In this document: positions 1 to 10,158 of the stretch, piece after piece | Layout of the letters: the number at the start of each line of letters is the position of its first letter | Numbering within the stretch: position 1 is the first letter of the stretch | Origin: an uncultured delta proteobacterium | Lineage (GTDB): Bacteria > Desulfobacterota > Binatia > UBA9968 | Direction of reading: 5' to 3' | Assembly (NCBI GenBank): GCA_963816145.1 | Contig: CAWFJP010000011.1 | Location: 224,001-288,000 of the forward strand | DNA: 64,000 bases | Made by a program: the position numbers and the translations under genes | Notes under the pieces: generated by a model | The model's input: the letters and a program-made list of their open reading frames with translations, nothing else | What the model was told of the DNA's origin: nothing | The model's database searches: none

Positions 1-846
1 GGCGACGAGTTCCATTCTACCGATGGAACTGGCGGCCCCGGCCAAATGTGTCAGCCGTGTGGATTCGGTACCGATCAGGCGGCGGGTGGCGATACTTTTG
101 GCTCGAATTCACCAGGCTCGCCGCCACAAACGGGCATGCCCGGTAATAATCCGGTACCTGGACTTGGTGGAACGGATGGACCGTTGCCTTGGGAGCAGCC
201 TGCGGAAGCCCAGACTCCTCAAGAACGCCCAATCGGTACTGTAAGTGTCGACATAAGTTGGGACTCACCTCCCAACGAGAACGAAGATGGTAGGCGGAGA
301 ATCGGTTCGTGTGGTATGTCGATCGAATTTTACCGGAACGGCACGGCACTTGTCAGAAGTTACAGATACAAGAATCAAGACTTCTATCGAAGTACAGAAT
401 ATCCGGACCAGAGGCGACGTGAGGACATTATAGGAGGTCCGGCAACTTTTCGGTTCCAAAGCGGCCTAAGCAGAGTTCCGAAAGGAGGCAGCTTGTATGA
501 TATTTCATGGAACAATCCGTATTTGAATAGCAGTCGAGACAATTACAAGCGATTGGATGACCAGTCTCAATGGGAAGCTGTACCAGAGGACGGTTCGCCC
601 GCATATCAAGCATACTGTGTTGGCCGCAACCTAGGCCCGGTAGGCAATACCCCGGCTGTTCGTGTCAGGCTTTTGAGTGTCGGTCTGGTGGACAGTTTAC
701 TTCCCACATCGAATAACATGACGTCCACCATCAGTCTGAATAATTTGCAAAAGCAAGTTGCAAAGGCTAGCGTCACGATGCGCTGGAACTTTCAACAACC
801 TCAGGTCGGTCAACAAAATATGCCTAGCACACAACCTCGAAGGTAG
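1..846 (+). CDS. Hypothetical protein, 5'-truncated by window edge (G/P-rich linker followed by a beta-rich domain)
   Basis: The frame of ORF 46..846 is open from base 1 (GDEFHSTDGTGGPGQMCQPC...). No family recognised. Confidence 0.5.
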   Translation, partial: GDEFHSTDGTGGPGQMCQPCGFGTDQAAGGDTFGSNSPGSPPQTGMPGNNPVPGLGGTDGPLPWEQPAEAQTPQERPIGTVSVDISWDSPPNENEDGRRRIGSCGMSIEFYRNGTALVRSYRYKNQDFYRSTEYPDQRRREDIIGGPATFRFQSGLSRVPKGGSLYDISWNNPYLNSSRDNYKRLDDQSQWEAVPEDGSPAYQAYCVGRNLGPVGNTPAVRVRLLSVGLVDSLLPTSNNMTSTISLNNLQKQVAKASVTMRWNFQQPQVGQQNMPSTQPRR

Positions 847-1259
847 GCAGGCTATATATCCCGTACCACACGCCGCGGGATAACCTCTTGTGAAAACAAA
901 CGCCGCAGCTCTGGGTTTTATAGAGGAGATGTGGTGCTCCCCGCACCACAGATGTCGTGCGGGACCGGGACAACTTTGGCGCAGCTCGAAAGCCTCATGG
1001 GCGCCCATTTCGGCCCAATTGCAGAGGCGGCCCGAACCCCAGGCCCCATTTCTTCAATATCGTGAGGCACGGCGGCGATGTGATGCTGTCGGACGGACAG
1101 CTAGGACGCCAGCCTTCATGGGCAGAAATTGGTCGATATGGATTCACGCAATTTCAGTTGCTACGGACGAATTGAGAGTCAAGCCTCGCCGCTCGGCGAT
1201 AGCTGGAGATTGGCGGGGTACTGTCCAGAGTGCGGAGCACAGAAGGGGGCACTAAGTCT

Positions 1260-2407
1260 ATGACGAGAAAACTAACTGCAGGTTTTTCCTTGGTAGCTGC
1301 AATTGTTAGTCTTTCTTTGGGCCACGCTCATGCCGCTTCCTGTGACGCGATCCTCGGCAAGTGGACCTGGTTTACCAAAGGTGTGGTGACCTTCAATCGT
1401 GACGGCACGATGGTGCATGAACCGGGCAACGACGGCACATGGGAATGTACCGATCCGGCGCGGGGAAGGATTACGCTTCGATGGCGACAAGGAGGCTATG
1501 TTAATCAGGTTGCCGTGTCGGCGGATGGCAATGGGTTATCCAGCACCGATCCATCGCAACAATTTGTCAGCGCGAAAAAAATTGGTGCCACTGGAACGGC
1601 GCAGACTGCGAAGAACTCATCTCGCGCCAGTTGCGGCGACTTTGATCCTGACAACCCATGCGGATGGTGCGCGTCAGTTACCTAAAGACCTTCCGGAGCT
1701 GATGCATGCCGCGAGACAGCGCGCTCAGCAGTGGCGCGCGGATGCGATCCCTGTCGCGCTCAAATTCGAACATCGAGATGCGCCAAACCCGAAAATGCGC
1801 GGACCCGAAGTGACTATCTCTTTTTTCTCGCCCGCAGCAGGCAACGGCATGTTAGTGAGGGTAACCTCAGATGGCGCGCGCACGTCTGAATTCAACCAGC
1901 TTGTAAACTGGGGCAAGTTGCCATTGCCGCCGGTGTTCGTGGACCTTCCCGCGGCCCTGCGCATTGCGCGCAATAACGGCATGAAAGGTGCGGTAAATCG
2001 CGCTCGCCTGGACATCTGGAGCCCCTCCGGCGCGCCGCCGGTCGTTGCGTGGATGATCGGCGACAAAACAGTCAACGGCGCGACCGGGGAAATCATCGAT
2101 TACGACGTGACGGGTTACATCGCTCGCTACAATGCGCAGTGGCAGCATGCTGCCAAGGGATTGCTCGCGCTGATGCGCGCCGCGCAAGGAGGAAGATCGA
2201 ACGGCGCTTCTCCCACCATCGGAGGTGATAGTAGCTACCCGGGCTCAGGGTCCTGATAAACCCTATGACGACGGCAGCGCCGCCCGGCAGGAATACGATC
2301 GCAGGGCTGCGGAGAGCCGAGCCTACTGGAATGGCAGTGCAGATGATTACAATCGCATCAAGAACGGCCAGTGCACCTGGAGCGATTCATCCAGATTCGC
2401 CTGTTGA
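1260..2407 (+). pseudogene. Secreted hypothetical protein split over three frames (frameshifts near 1660 and 2250)
   Basis: Signal peptide MTRKLTAGFSLVAAIVSLSLGHAHAA. Protein-like sequence continues from ORF 1230..1685 into 1399..2256 and then 2225..2407. Confidence 0.45.
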
Positions 2408-2906
2408 GGCGCCTGATTGATTTACACCCTCAACAAGTGGCTCTGCACCAATGCATGCTGCCAGAATAAAGCGGTCGAAAACTACACTCGCCTTTGAGGC
2501 ACCACAAGATCCGAGGTCCAGAGAGACTTATACAACGTACTCATTCCACGCGAACAAAATTATACGAACTTACCGTGCGACCGCTGCTGCGCCCCTCCAG
2601 CGCAGAAGTGGCTGTCAGGTGAAGCGTCGTCTTGCCATTATATCGTTCATCGATTTACATGGAACATTTTCTGTCGGCGGCACTCTATCAACCAAATAAT
2701 GAATTCCAGATGGAGTTCAGCGACTGAATCGAGCACTTCGTGGATCGCGGATTGACAAACCTATTGCCGTGGAGGATACTCCGAGCTTTGCCGTTGAATA
2801 TTATCGTTAAGACGGCGTGAAAAAAGTGATAGCTGGGCGACCGACCACCTAGCCAGACCTCAAATACTAGCGGTGAATTTCTTAACTCAAAAACTTCGGT
2901 GAAGTT

Positions 2907-3652
2907 ATGAGCATGGAAGATATCGAGCCAAAGACAGCGGGGGTAGAAGCACCGGTCGATAGCGTTCAGGGTGCCGCTTGGTACAAAGGAGTAGCCGCCG
3001 GGGCAACGGTGGTAAGAATCGTCGAACTTAAGAATGGCGGCAGAGTTATATTGTTTTCTTCAGGCGATAAGGTCCTCAAATTACCAGGCCAATCGACCAA
3101 GACAGTGAAGCCGGATGGCCGTATCGTCGTCGAGCACAGCGACGGACAGGTCAGCGAGTCACGAATCAAGCAGCTTGATTCCGCTTGAAGAGAAACCGCT
3201 CAACGTCGCCAGTGGCGCCGGGGAATCTGTTGGGAAGTTACTGTCCAATTTTGCCGTGCGACCGTTCGTAATGGATGGGAAACCTTACACCTCGGTGGAG
3301 GCTTTTTATCAGGGACTCAAATGGCCTGCTCCGGCAAAGCGATCCGAGATCGCCAGGCTTTCCGGCAAAGCCGCGAAAGTCAACGTCCCGGGGTGCGCCC
3401 AACTCCGACTGGTTCGAATATGAAGGTCGTAATTATTGATTTGGCAGCGGAGAACATCACCAGCTGATCAAACGAGCTATTCGTGCAAGCCTCGATCAGA
3501 ACAAGGAAATCCTTGATCAATTTGTTGCAACCCATCCGAGACCCATTGAGCACAAGACGGGCAGACCCGAGAACTCTCATTCCGCCTTTCCAGACACCGT
3601 GTTCACGCGTATTCTGACCGAGCTGAGAGCGGAATTCATGGCCGGCCTCTAA
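2907..3652 (+). pseudogene. NADAR/YbiA-like protein, disrupted
   Basis: LSNFAVRPFVMDGKPYTSVEAFYQGLK matches the NADAR N-terminal motif. It continues after a frameshift near 3385 as WFEYEGRNY*FGSGEHHQLIKRAIRASLDQN...ILTELR, with an in-frame TGA. The upstream ORF 2907..3188 may be a separate gene. Confidence 0.55.
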
Positions 3653-3936
3653 AAGCGTGGAAGGTTAGAATCCAACCGTTACACAAAAGCGAGGGTCCAC
3701 GTGACCGAAGCAAGATCTGTCGCTGACATATTGGGCTCCATCAAACCCGAACTGCCCACGGCCACCATCTAGATCTCTATGTGCGATTATTCGCTGATTT
3801 TCCGATGCGTGCCGGAGGATTGTCGCGAGCGGGTTGTCTTCGGGTAATCACGTATATGGAACTCTCCGTTTCGTGGGCTGCGGGCTAATGCCGGATTACT
3901 AATGTAGAAAGGTGTCTGATTGGCGTACGATACCTC

Positions 3937-4359
3937 TTATGATCTGATACGCCGATACATGATCGCGCGGTCACCAAAAATCACCAACTCATCGGCGTCT
4001 TTCCATTTGATCTTCACTCTCTGCTCCTCGTTAAGGCGCACATGCCGCGTGGGCGGAAGAACGTCTCCGCCGGCGCGATTTATCGTCAGCTTTTGCTCAA
4101 CCCACCAAAGCTGTTCTCCCTCCAAACGAAAGATGCCGGTGACCGTTGCGCGCGCTCCCAGCAATCGAAGCACCTCGGAGTAAGTGCCGTCGGCTCCAAA
4201 GGTCTTCACGCTGGTGCGGCGGGGATCGTTCGACCTCCAAGTGCCAATCAGGCGCTGTGCCGAGTCGTCAGACGGTTGACTAGCAGTCTGTACATCACTG
4301 GGTAATGATGTCGCGGGCCATAGCATAATCAGCAGAGCCAAAAAAAACCGAAACACCAT
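3937..4359 (-). CDS. Secreted hypothetical protein (small beta-barrel-like, LIGTW motif)
   Basis: Signal peptide MVFRFFLALLIMLWPATSLP, followed by RLIGTWRS. Confidence 0.5.
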   Translation of the reverse strand: MVFRFFLALLIMLWPATSLPSDVQTASQPSDDSAQRLIGTWRSNDPRRTSVKTFGADGTYSEVLRLLGARATVTGIFRLEGEQLWWVEQKLTINRAGGDVLPPTRHVRLNEEQRVKIKWKDADELVIFGDRAIMYRRIRS

Positions 4360-4909
4360 ACGGCCTCCGCTATGACACTGATCTGCACACGACGCCATAC
4401 TGCACCCATTCACCGCAAAATATGCCAACCAACTGCCCAAAGACTCATGGCAGTCGTATGCACGCTCTATTTACAAGCTGTTAGAGAACCGCGACGCTAA
4501 AATGTTCCTAATCTTGAAAAACTAGACCACAAGGGAGGCATGGAAAACTTGTGGGTGGGAGCATGTTCGGTCTCCATCGCCTTGCGCCAGGACCAACTTT
4601 TCGCACGGTAAGTCGATCACAAACCAATATTAGCTGACAGTTGTCTCAAACGTGAGAACATCAATGAGATTCCAAGCTTTGATAAAAACTTCGGATTGAC
4701 CGGACTGGTATCTAATTGGGCTTTTGAAAAATTGCAGCGGGCGACGGCGATCGAATTCGTGACATCCAACTTGGAAATTTTGTCGCGAATTTGATGTTTT
4801 CTTATCCGGTGACCAGAGGTTAACGGGCAATTTCTGCCATAAGAACCTTTTTTCGCTCTCCACTACTTTCAACTAGTTTGGCGATCTCCACTTCGGTCTT
4901 GGAAAGGCG

Positions 4910-5333
4910 GCACCGTTGCAAATCCAACGTTATCGTTTGCACGTCCCCAGTTTACTATTGGATCGCGTCGACATTTCAATTGCAGTTTGAGGTTTACGCT
5001 ATCACGCTCTCGCCAGCAAAGATGCTGGCGAATCGCCCGGCTTCATCCGACGCCGAGTTGTCGACCCGCGCAAAATTCGACTGCACCGCTTCGCGAAAAC
5101 CGAGCTCCACTCCCAGGTCCAGATAAGCACCAAAGAGATCAAGCGCTACCGCGCCGCAAAAGAAGACCCCGAGGAGTTGCTGGAGACCACGATCGCTCGG
5201 CTTGAGCGCACGCGCGCACAGCCAAGCGCTCAAATTTGGGCGTACGATCGCCGATCTAGCTGGCGCGGATAAGATCGAGTCGTCGGTTATCGCCGAAGCG
5301 ATCGAGCTACTGGAGTTTGGATCTAAGCATGTA
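4910..5333 (+). pseudogene. comM: Decayed 3' fragment of comM/yifB (Mg-chelatase-like ATPase)
   Basis: Manual translation gives PLQIQRYR...LLDRVDISIAV*GLRYHALA...TKEIKRY...LLETTIARL, then LSARAHSQALKFGRTIADLAGADKIESSVIAEAI. This matches the ComM C-terminus, with a stop and frameshifts. Confidence 0.7.
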
Positions 5334-5399
5334 ACCGCTCGTTGCGTAATGTCGCTCTCTAACGGACAAAGCGACTCGCGTTTGGGAGCAATATCTCTG

Positions 5400-6263
5400 C
5401 TAATAGCCTTTCTCCAAGCACCAGTTGGCGATTTCGATGCGCCGGGCGAACCAGACTTTTACAAAGCCCTTTACGTAACGGATAAACTCGTCGATTATTT
5501 TGGTGCGAAACGGCACACCGGATATGAACGGATGCAAGTTGAAGGCGAAAAACTTCGGCGCGCCTTGTTCGCCTTCCCAATAAAGATAGTCAAATTGATC
5601 TTTCATGATTTGCAGCAAATCGCGCGGTGTTCTGCCAGCGCCGTAAGTCGAGTAATCATTACAGCCGGGAACGTTGTACGGAACCACGACGACCTTTCTG
5701 CCGTTCGACTCTATCGTGTACGGGTTGTCCGAGTTGAGCGGATCGGCCCACCAGACAAATCCTGCCTCGGCTACCAACTCAAGCGTGTGCGGCGTCGAAG
5801 CGTGGCCAGGAGACAAGTAGCCGGTCGGCTTCTCGCCCAAGACCTTTTGAAAAGCCGCGACAGTTTTTTGGATCGATTCGCGCTCCTGATCGCGCGTGTA
5901 CATAAAGGAATACTCATGCTCGTAACTCTCCGACGAGAATTCGTGTCCCTGCGCTTGGAACGCCCGGCATTCGTCGGCAAATTGCTCGACCTTGAGACCG
6001 TTCATCAAAAACGTAACCTTTAGGCCATGGCGCTCGAACATATCCATGATGCGCCAAATACCGATGCGGTCGCCGTATTCTCTCTCGGTAACCGCCGCCA
6101 TATTTTTCTTAAACACCGCGTTGGCCGGCGGAATCGTGTGTGTGCCTTGGCGCTGCAGCGACTCGCGGGTGGCGAAATTTTCCGGCCAAACTTCCCACGG
6201 AATAATGAAAGTAACGCAAATGTTGGCCTTGTCGGGCCACTCGATAATTTTCGGTCTAGGCAT
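5400..6263 (-). CDS. Polysaccharide deacetylase / PuuE-like allantoinase family hydrolase
   Basis: EYGDRIGIWRIMDMF, LHPFISGVPFR and VWFARRIEIA motifs. Confidence 0.8.
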   Translation of the reverse strand: MPRPKIIEWPDKANICVTFIIPWEVWPENFATRESLQRQGTHTIPPANAVFKKNMAAVTEREYGDRIGIWRIMDMFERHGLKVTFLMNGLKVEQFADECRAFQAQGHEFSSESYEHEYSFMYTRDQERESIQKTVAAFQKVLGEKPTGYLSPGHASTPHTLELVAEAGFVWWADPLNSDNPYTIESNGRKVVVVPYNVPGCNDYSTYGAGRTPRDLLQIMKDQFDYLYWEGEQGAPKFFAFNLHPFISGVPFRTKIIDEFIRYVKGFVKVWFARRIEIANWCLEKGY

Positions 6264-6357
6264 ATAGAGTCACTCTCCTCGTTGTCAGGATACAGAGGTC
6301 GTTAGGCGATAATTAAATTTCTTCCTCCTGCTATACACACCGCTATCGGCGCCAACG

Positions 6358-6840
6358 CTACCTCCAAAGCCCAAATATTAAGCCGTCCGGGAAGGGGAGA
6401 TGGAGAAGTCTGGTGAAGAGGCCTTCCATGGAAAGCCAAGAAATTGCCGTTAAAACAATGGTGAGCGTCCAGGGTTCTCGGCCGGCTATTTTCAAATAAG
6501 CGCAAACAAAGATTGGCACTGCGAGAGGAAAGCCAACCAAAAGAATGAGCAGCAGAAAGCCCAGCATCCAGATAATTATTGCTATCGTTCTCTTCCTGGC
6601 CAAGGCAGGCTCAACGGTATCGGTGGGTTGGAAATCCACGGCATGACCCTCGCGTTCTCCTTCGATGCTCCAGACGCTCAGGGCCGATTCAATCAAGGCG
6701 AGGAAAAGAATGGGAAGCGCGATAACCCTTGGGAAGAGCGCGGTTCGGAACGGCCAGCTCCATGATGCGTAGAGAGCATACCCGGCAACACATGCAGTCG
6801 CTAAACTGAGAGCACAGCGAAGATTCAAGAGACGCCTCAT
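6358..6840 (-). CDS. tctB: Tripartite tricarboxylate transporter small membrane subunit TctB
   Basis: About 4 TM helices, FPRVI, C-terminal LPFPDG; overlaps the tctA stop. Confidence 0.75.
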   Translation of the reverse strand: MRRLLNLRCALSLATACVAGYALYASWSWPFRTALFPRVIALPILFLALIESALSVWSIEGEREGHAVDFQPTDTVEPALARKRTIAIIIWMLGFLLLILLVGFPLAVPIFVCAYLKIAGREPWTLTIVLTAISWLSMEGLFTRLLHLPFPDGLIFGLWR

Positions 6841-8348
6841 TGCTCGTTTCCCCCGGCCAACGGGCGCCGCTTAAAGCGCATAAAAGGAAAAAAAAGCACG
6901 ATTACCGACAAAGCGATGAGAATCAAAACCAACGGGCGCAGGGTCCAGGACGGGCCGTAGCGAATGGTTGAGATGTAAAAATTGTTCTCCGCTATCCTGC
7001 CCAAAACAAAGCCGAGAACCAGAGGGGCTCGAGGCCAGCCACAACTGATCATGAGATAACCGAGAAAGCCGAACGCGAGAAACACCAACAAGTCTCCTAG
7101 ATGATTGTTGGAGGTATAGGCCCCAATGAAAGCGAAGAACAGGATGAACGGGATCAGCACTGTGCCGCGGATCAGAGTGAGCTTGGCCAGGTAATTCAGA
7201 ATAAAAAGACTGACGGCCACGGTAATAATATTGGCGACGACCATCGTCCAGACCATCGAAAAGGTGAGAACGAGATGCTTATCCAACATGTCAGGTCCCG
7301 GCATGATCCCCTGAAGGAAAAACGCCCCCAGGAGAACCGCCATGGAAGAGCTACCGGGAACGCCAAACGCAATGGTTGGTATTAGGGACCCTCCTTCTTT
7401 GGAGTTATTCGCCGCGCCGGGACCCAATACTCCCCGGACGTCTCCGTTGCCGAACCCGGCTCGCTCCTCACTGGTGCGCGCGCTCTGCACCGCATGACCG
7501 TAAGCGATCCACTGCGCCACCCCGCCGCCTAAGCCCGGCATGATGCCGATGAAGGTGCCCACGAGGCTGCATCGGACGGTTAGCCAAAAATGCACGAAGG
7601 TATCTTTGACCCCGACCCAAACGCCGCTGCCAAGATTCCCAGGCGGCAGCTCGCCCGCGATGGACGTCCCTCTAACGGCGAGGTCAATGATCTCGGGAAT
7701 TGCGAATACACCCACTAACACTGGGACCAAGTCGAGCCCGTTCCATAGATAGAGCTGGCCGAAGGTGAAGCGCAGAACTCCCGCCTGGGGATCTTGGCCC
7801 ACGAGGGCGAACAGGAGTCCCAAAAGCCCGGCGAGAATTCCGCGCAACAGGGCCCGTCCCCCTTGTCCGCTCAACGACGAGATAAAGGCAATGCCGACGA
7901 TGGCAAGCATGAACAGTTCCGGCGCCCCAAATGAAAGAACCAACGGGCGCACGACCGGGATCGCCAGAGCCAGGGCAAAAGCACCAATCAAGGCGCCGAT
8001 AAGGGAGCTCATGAGCGCTGCCCCCAGTGCCCGTCCGGCCTCGCCTTTCTTGGCCATCGCGTGACCGTCCAAAACCGTTGCTGCGGTGGTCCCCTCGCCG
8101 GGAATTCCAAACAGAACCGACGTGATATCTCCGGTGGTCGAGACCACCGAGTGCATCCCCAACAGGAAAGCAAAGGCTTCCACAGGCGTCATCTGGTAAA
8201 TAAAGGGAAGCATCAGAGCGAGGGTGGTTGTGCCTCCCAGACCCGGGAGCAACCCCACCCAGAAGCCTAGAAAGACGCCCAACAGCATCACGAGAAAAGT
8301 GTGCCATTGAAGGACTACCAACAGTCCTTGGACAAATGCATCCAGCAT
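6837..8348 (-). CDS. tctA: Tripartite tricarboxylate transporter large membrane subunit TctA
   Basis: GLLPGLGG, GIPGE..ATVLDGH.MAKKGEAGRAL, AANNSKEGGSLIPT. Confidence 0.92.
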   Translation of the reverse strand: MLDAFVQGLLVVLQWHTFLVMLLGVFLGFWVGLLPGLGGTTTLALMLPFIYQMTPVEAFAFLLGMHSVVSTTGDITSVLFGIPGEGTTAATVLDGHAMAKKGEAGRALGAALMSSLIGALIGAFALALAIPVVRPLVLSFGAPELFMLAIVGIAFISSLSGQGGRALLRGILAGLLGLLFALVGQDPQAGVLRFTFGQLYLWNGLDLVPVLVGVFAIPEIIDLAVRGTSIAGELPPGNLGSGVWVGVKDTFVHFWLTVRCSLVGTFIGIMPGLGGGVAQWIAYGHAVQSARTSEERAGFGNGDVRGVLGPGAANNSKEGGSLIPTIAFGVPGSSSMAVLLGAFFLQGIMPGPDMLDKHLVLTFSMVWTMVVANIITVAVSLFILNYLAKLTLIRGTVLIPFILFFAFIGAYTSNNHLGDLLVFLAFGFLGYLMISCGWPRAPLVLGFVLGRIAENNFYISTIRYGPSWTLRPLVLILIALSVIVLFFPFMRFKRRPLAGGNEQ

Positions 8349-8430
8349 CGTTAAAGCAGCTTTCCCTTAAGGGGAAAGCGCGGATCAAGCCGCGCTCTCT
8401 CCGCCCCAAGTATCTAAATGATGCAAAGCC

Positions 8431-9477
8431 TCAATCGCCAAACTTGATATATTTCGCCAGAGTCTGGACTACGTCCGGTGGTTGGCTTAAGACCTCGGAG
8501 ACAACCTTCAGAGCATCGTCCGGCGAGACGAAATCGATGGTGATCTTGCCCTTCTCAGCCTCCGCAAGGAGATCTTTGTCCTTGAGGGCGTTGGCAAATG
8601 CGTCGCGGAGGATTTTTATGGCGTCCTTCGCTGTTCCCGGGGGTGCTACGAAAGGCCGGTAGATTTGCGTAGGGACAGCGTTCACGGCCATGATAAGCTT
8701 TCCTTGCTGAGTCTTTGCAAGACTTTCGTCAACCGCTAATTTTTCGATTCCCGGAGCCGAGGTCCGGTTGCGAATAATCGGACGCACGAGACCACGGTCG
8801 ATAAAGGGCTTTATCGAATCGTAAGAGCCCGCCCGGCCATCCACCTCTTTGCGCTCGAGGGCGAGCATAACATCGGCGCTCGATGAGTAACCAGGGACAA
8901 GTTTGAAGTCAAAACCAGCGAACTCCTCAAGCAGCGCGGGAAAATCGTGGGTCGAGCTTCCCGGTCCGGTGGTGCCGATGATAAATGGCTTTGCCTTTCG
9001 CAAGTCGTCCGCGGTCCTGTAGGGCAGATCGGAGCGCACGCTGAGAATCACCGCATCGCTGGCAGCACTGCCCAACCAAGCAAACTTGGTTATATCGAAC
9101 CGCACGCCCTCGACCTTGATCAATTGCGCGACGACCGTCGCATTGTTGAAAGTCCCGATCGTCAGACCATCCGGCTTGGCGACGCTATAAAGATGATTCG
9201 CCGCAATGACGCTGCTAGCTCCCGGCATGTTCTGAACAATGGCGCCAGGATTTCCCGGGATGTATTTGGGCAGATATTTGGCGATGAGGCGCGCATATCT
9301 GTCATAGCCCCCACCCGGTTTGTAGCCAACGACGATGGTGATTGTCTTGCCTTCGTATAATGAAGCGCCATAGGAAGGCGCGTTTGGAAAAAATAGGAGC
9401 AGAGAAATAAAAATGATCATTAACGTCTTCATAAGAACTCCTTTGCTAAAACACGCCTTCAGTCTGTTTAGATACAT
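8431..9477 (-). CDS. tctC: Tripartite tricarboxylate transporter substrate-binding protein (TctC/Bug)
   Basis: GYKPGGGYDRYARL, VQNMPGA, KPDGLT, PPGT; AGGAGG RBS. Confidence 0.9.
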   Translation of the reverse strand: MYLNRLKACFSKGVLMKTLMIIFISLLLFFPNAPSYGASLYEGKTITIVVGYKPGGGYDRYARLIAKYLPKYIPGNPGAIVQNMPGASSVIAANHLYSVAKPDGLTIGTFNNATVVAQLIKVEGVRFDITKFAWLGSAASDAVILSVRSDLPYRTADDLRKAKPFIIGTTGPGSSTHDFPALLEEFAGFDFKLVPGYSSSADVMLALERKEVDGRAGSYDSIKPFIDRGLVRPIIRNRTSAPGIEKLAVDESLAKTQQGKLIMAVNAVPTQIYRPFVAPPGTAKDAIKILRDAFANALKDKDLLAEAEKGKITIDFVSPDDALKVVSEVLSQPPDVVQTLAKYIKFGD

Positions 9478-9549
9478 CGTCCTCCTGATCAGTTTATGCG
9501 GCGCCTATTGATGGACTGTCGTGTTGAGCAAGACCATCCTGAATCGGCT

Positions 9550-10131
9550 TTATCCCGTTACGCCTTCTAATTCTGCGGCGATCTTGAGAAATTTTTCATG
9601 CGCTCCAGCGCCCATCTCTTTGACCTCATGATTTTCGAATTCCCGCAGCAGCCGCTTCTGTTCATCCGCCGGGATCACTTCATCGGCCATGCGAAACAGC
9701 ACTTCATCTTCTTTTTGAATATGCTCGCGCAACAGCCGGAGATACTGCCCAGCGCTGTCGAACAGCCCGGCTTCGGCGCTATCGTCGCCCGCATCGATGC
9801 GCGCCAACGCGTCCATCATCCCCCGCACCAGAGATCTGCCCTCTTCATGCTCCTGCAACATCATGCCGACCGGCCCTCCCTCCGTCGGTATCCCATGCGC
9901 CTCCAGCGCCGGAAACAGCACCTGCTCTTCCTTGCAGTGGTGGCACTGGTCGGCAAAGCCGCGGATGAACTCGATCGCCTTTTGCCAATGCGGCAAATTT
10001 TGCCGCGCCGGCGCCGCGCTCAGCCGTTGCACGGCGTCGAGCACACGCTCGATGATCCGGTGCTCATCGCTGAGGATTTGCGTCGGGTTTTCCGCTTGGT
10101 GACCGAAGCCGTGGGCGCTGAGCTGTTCCAT
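9550..10131 (-). CDS. Hemerythrin (HHE) domain protein
   Basis: EHR..., HHCKEEQVLFP, EHEEGR, HIQKEDEVLF. Confidence 0.88.
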   Translation of the reverse strand: MEQLSAHGFGHQAENPTQILSDEHRIIERVLDAVQRLSAAPARQNLPHWQKAIEFIRGFADQCHHCKEEQVLFPALEAHGIPTEGGPVGMMLQEHEEGRSLVRGMMDALARIDAGDDSAEAGLFDSAGQYLRLLREHIQKEDEVLFRMADEVIPADEQKRLLREFENHEVKEMGAGAHEKFLKIAAELEGVTG

Positions 10132-10158
10132 AATTGGCTCTCCTCTCCAATCGCTTGG

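Noticed and set aside
5202-6023. 273-aa plus-strand ORF
   Set aside because: Only the first ~35 codons are the comM remnant; the rest is antisense to the deacetylase gene.
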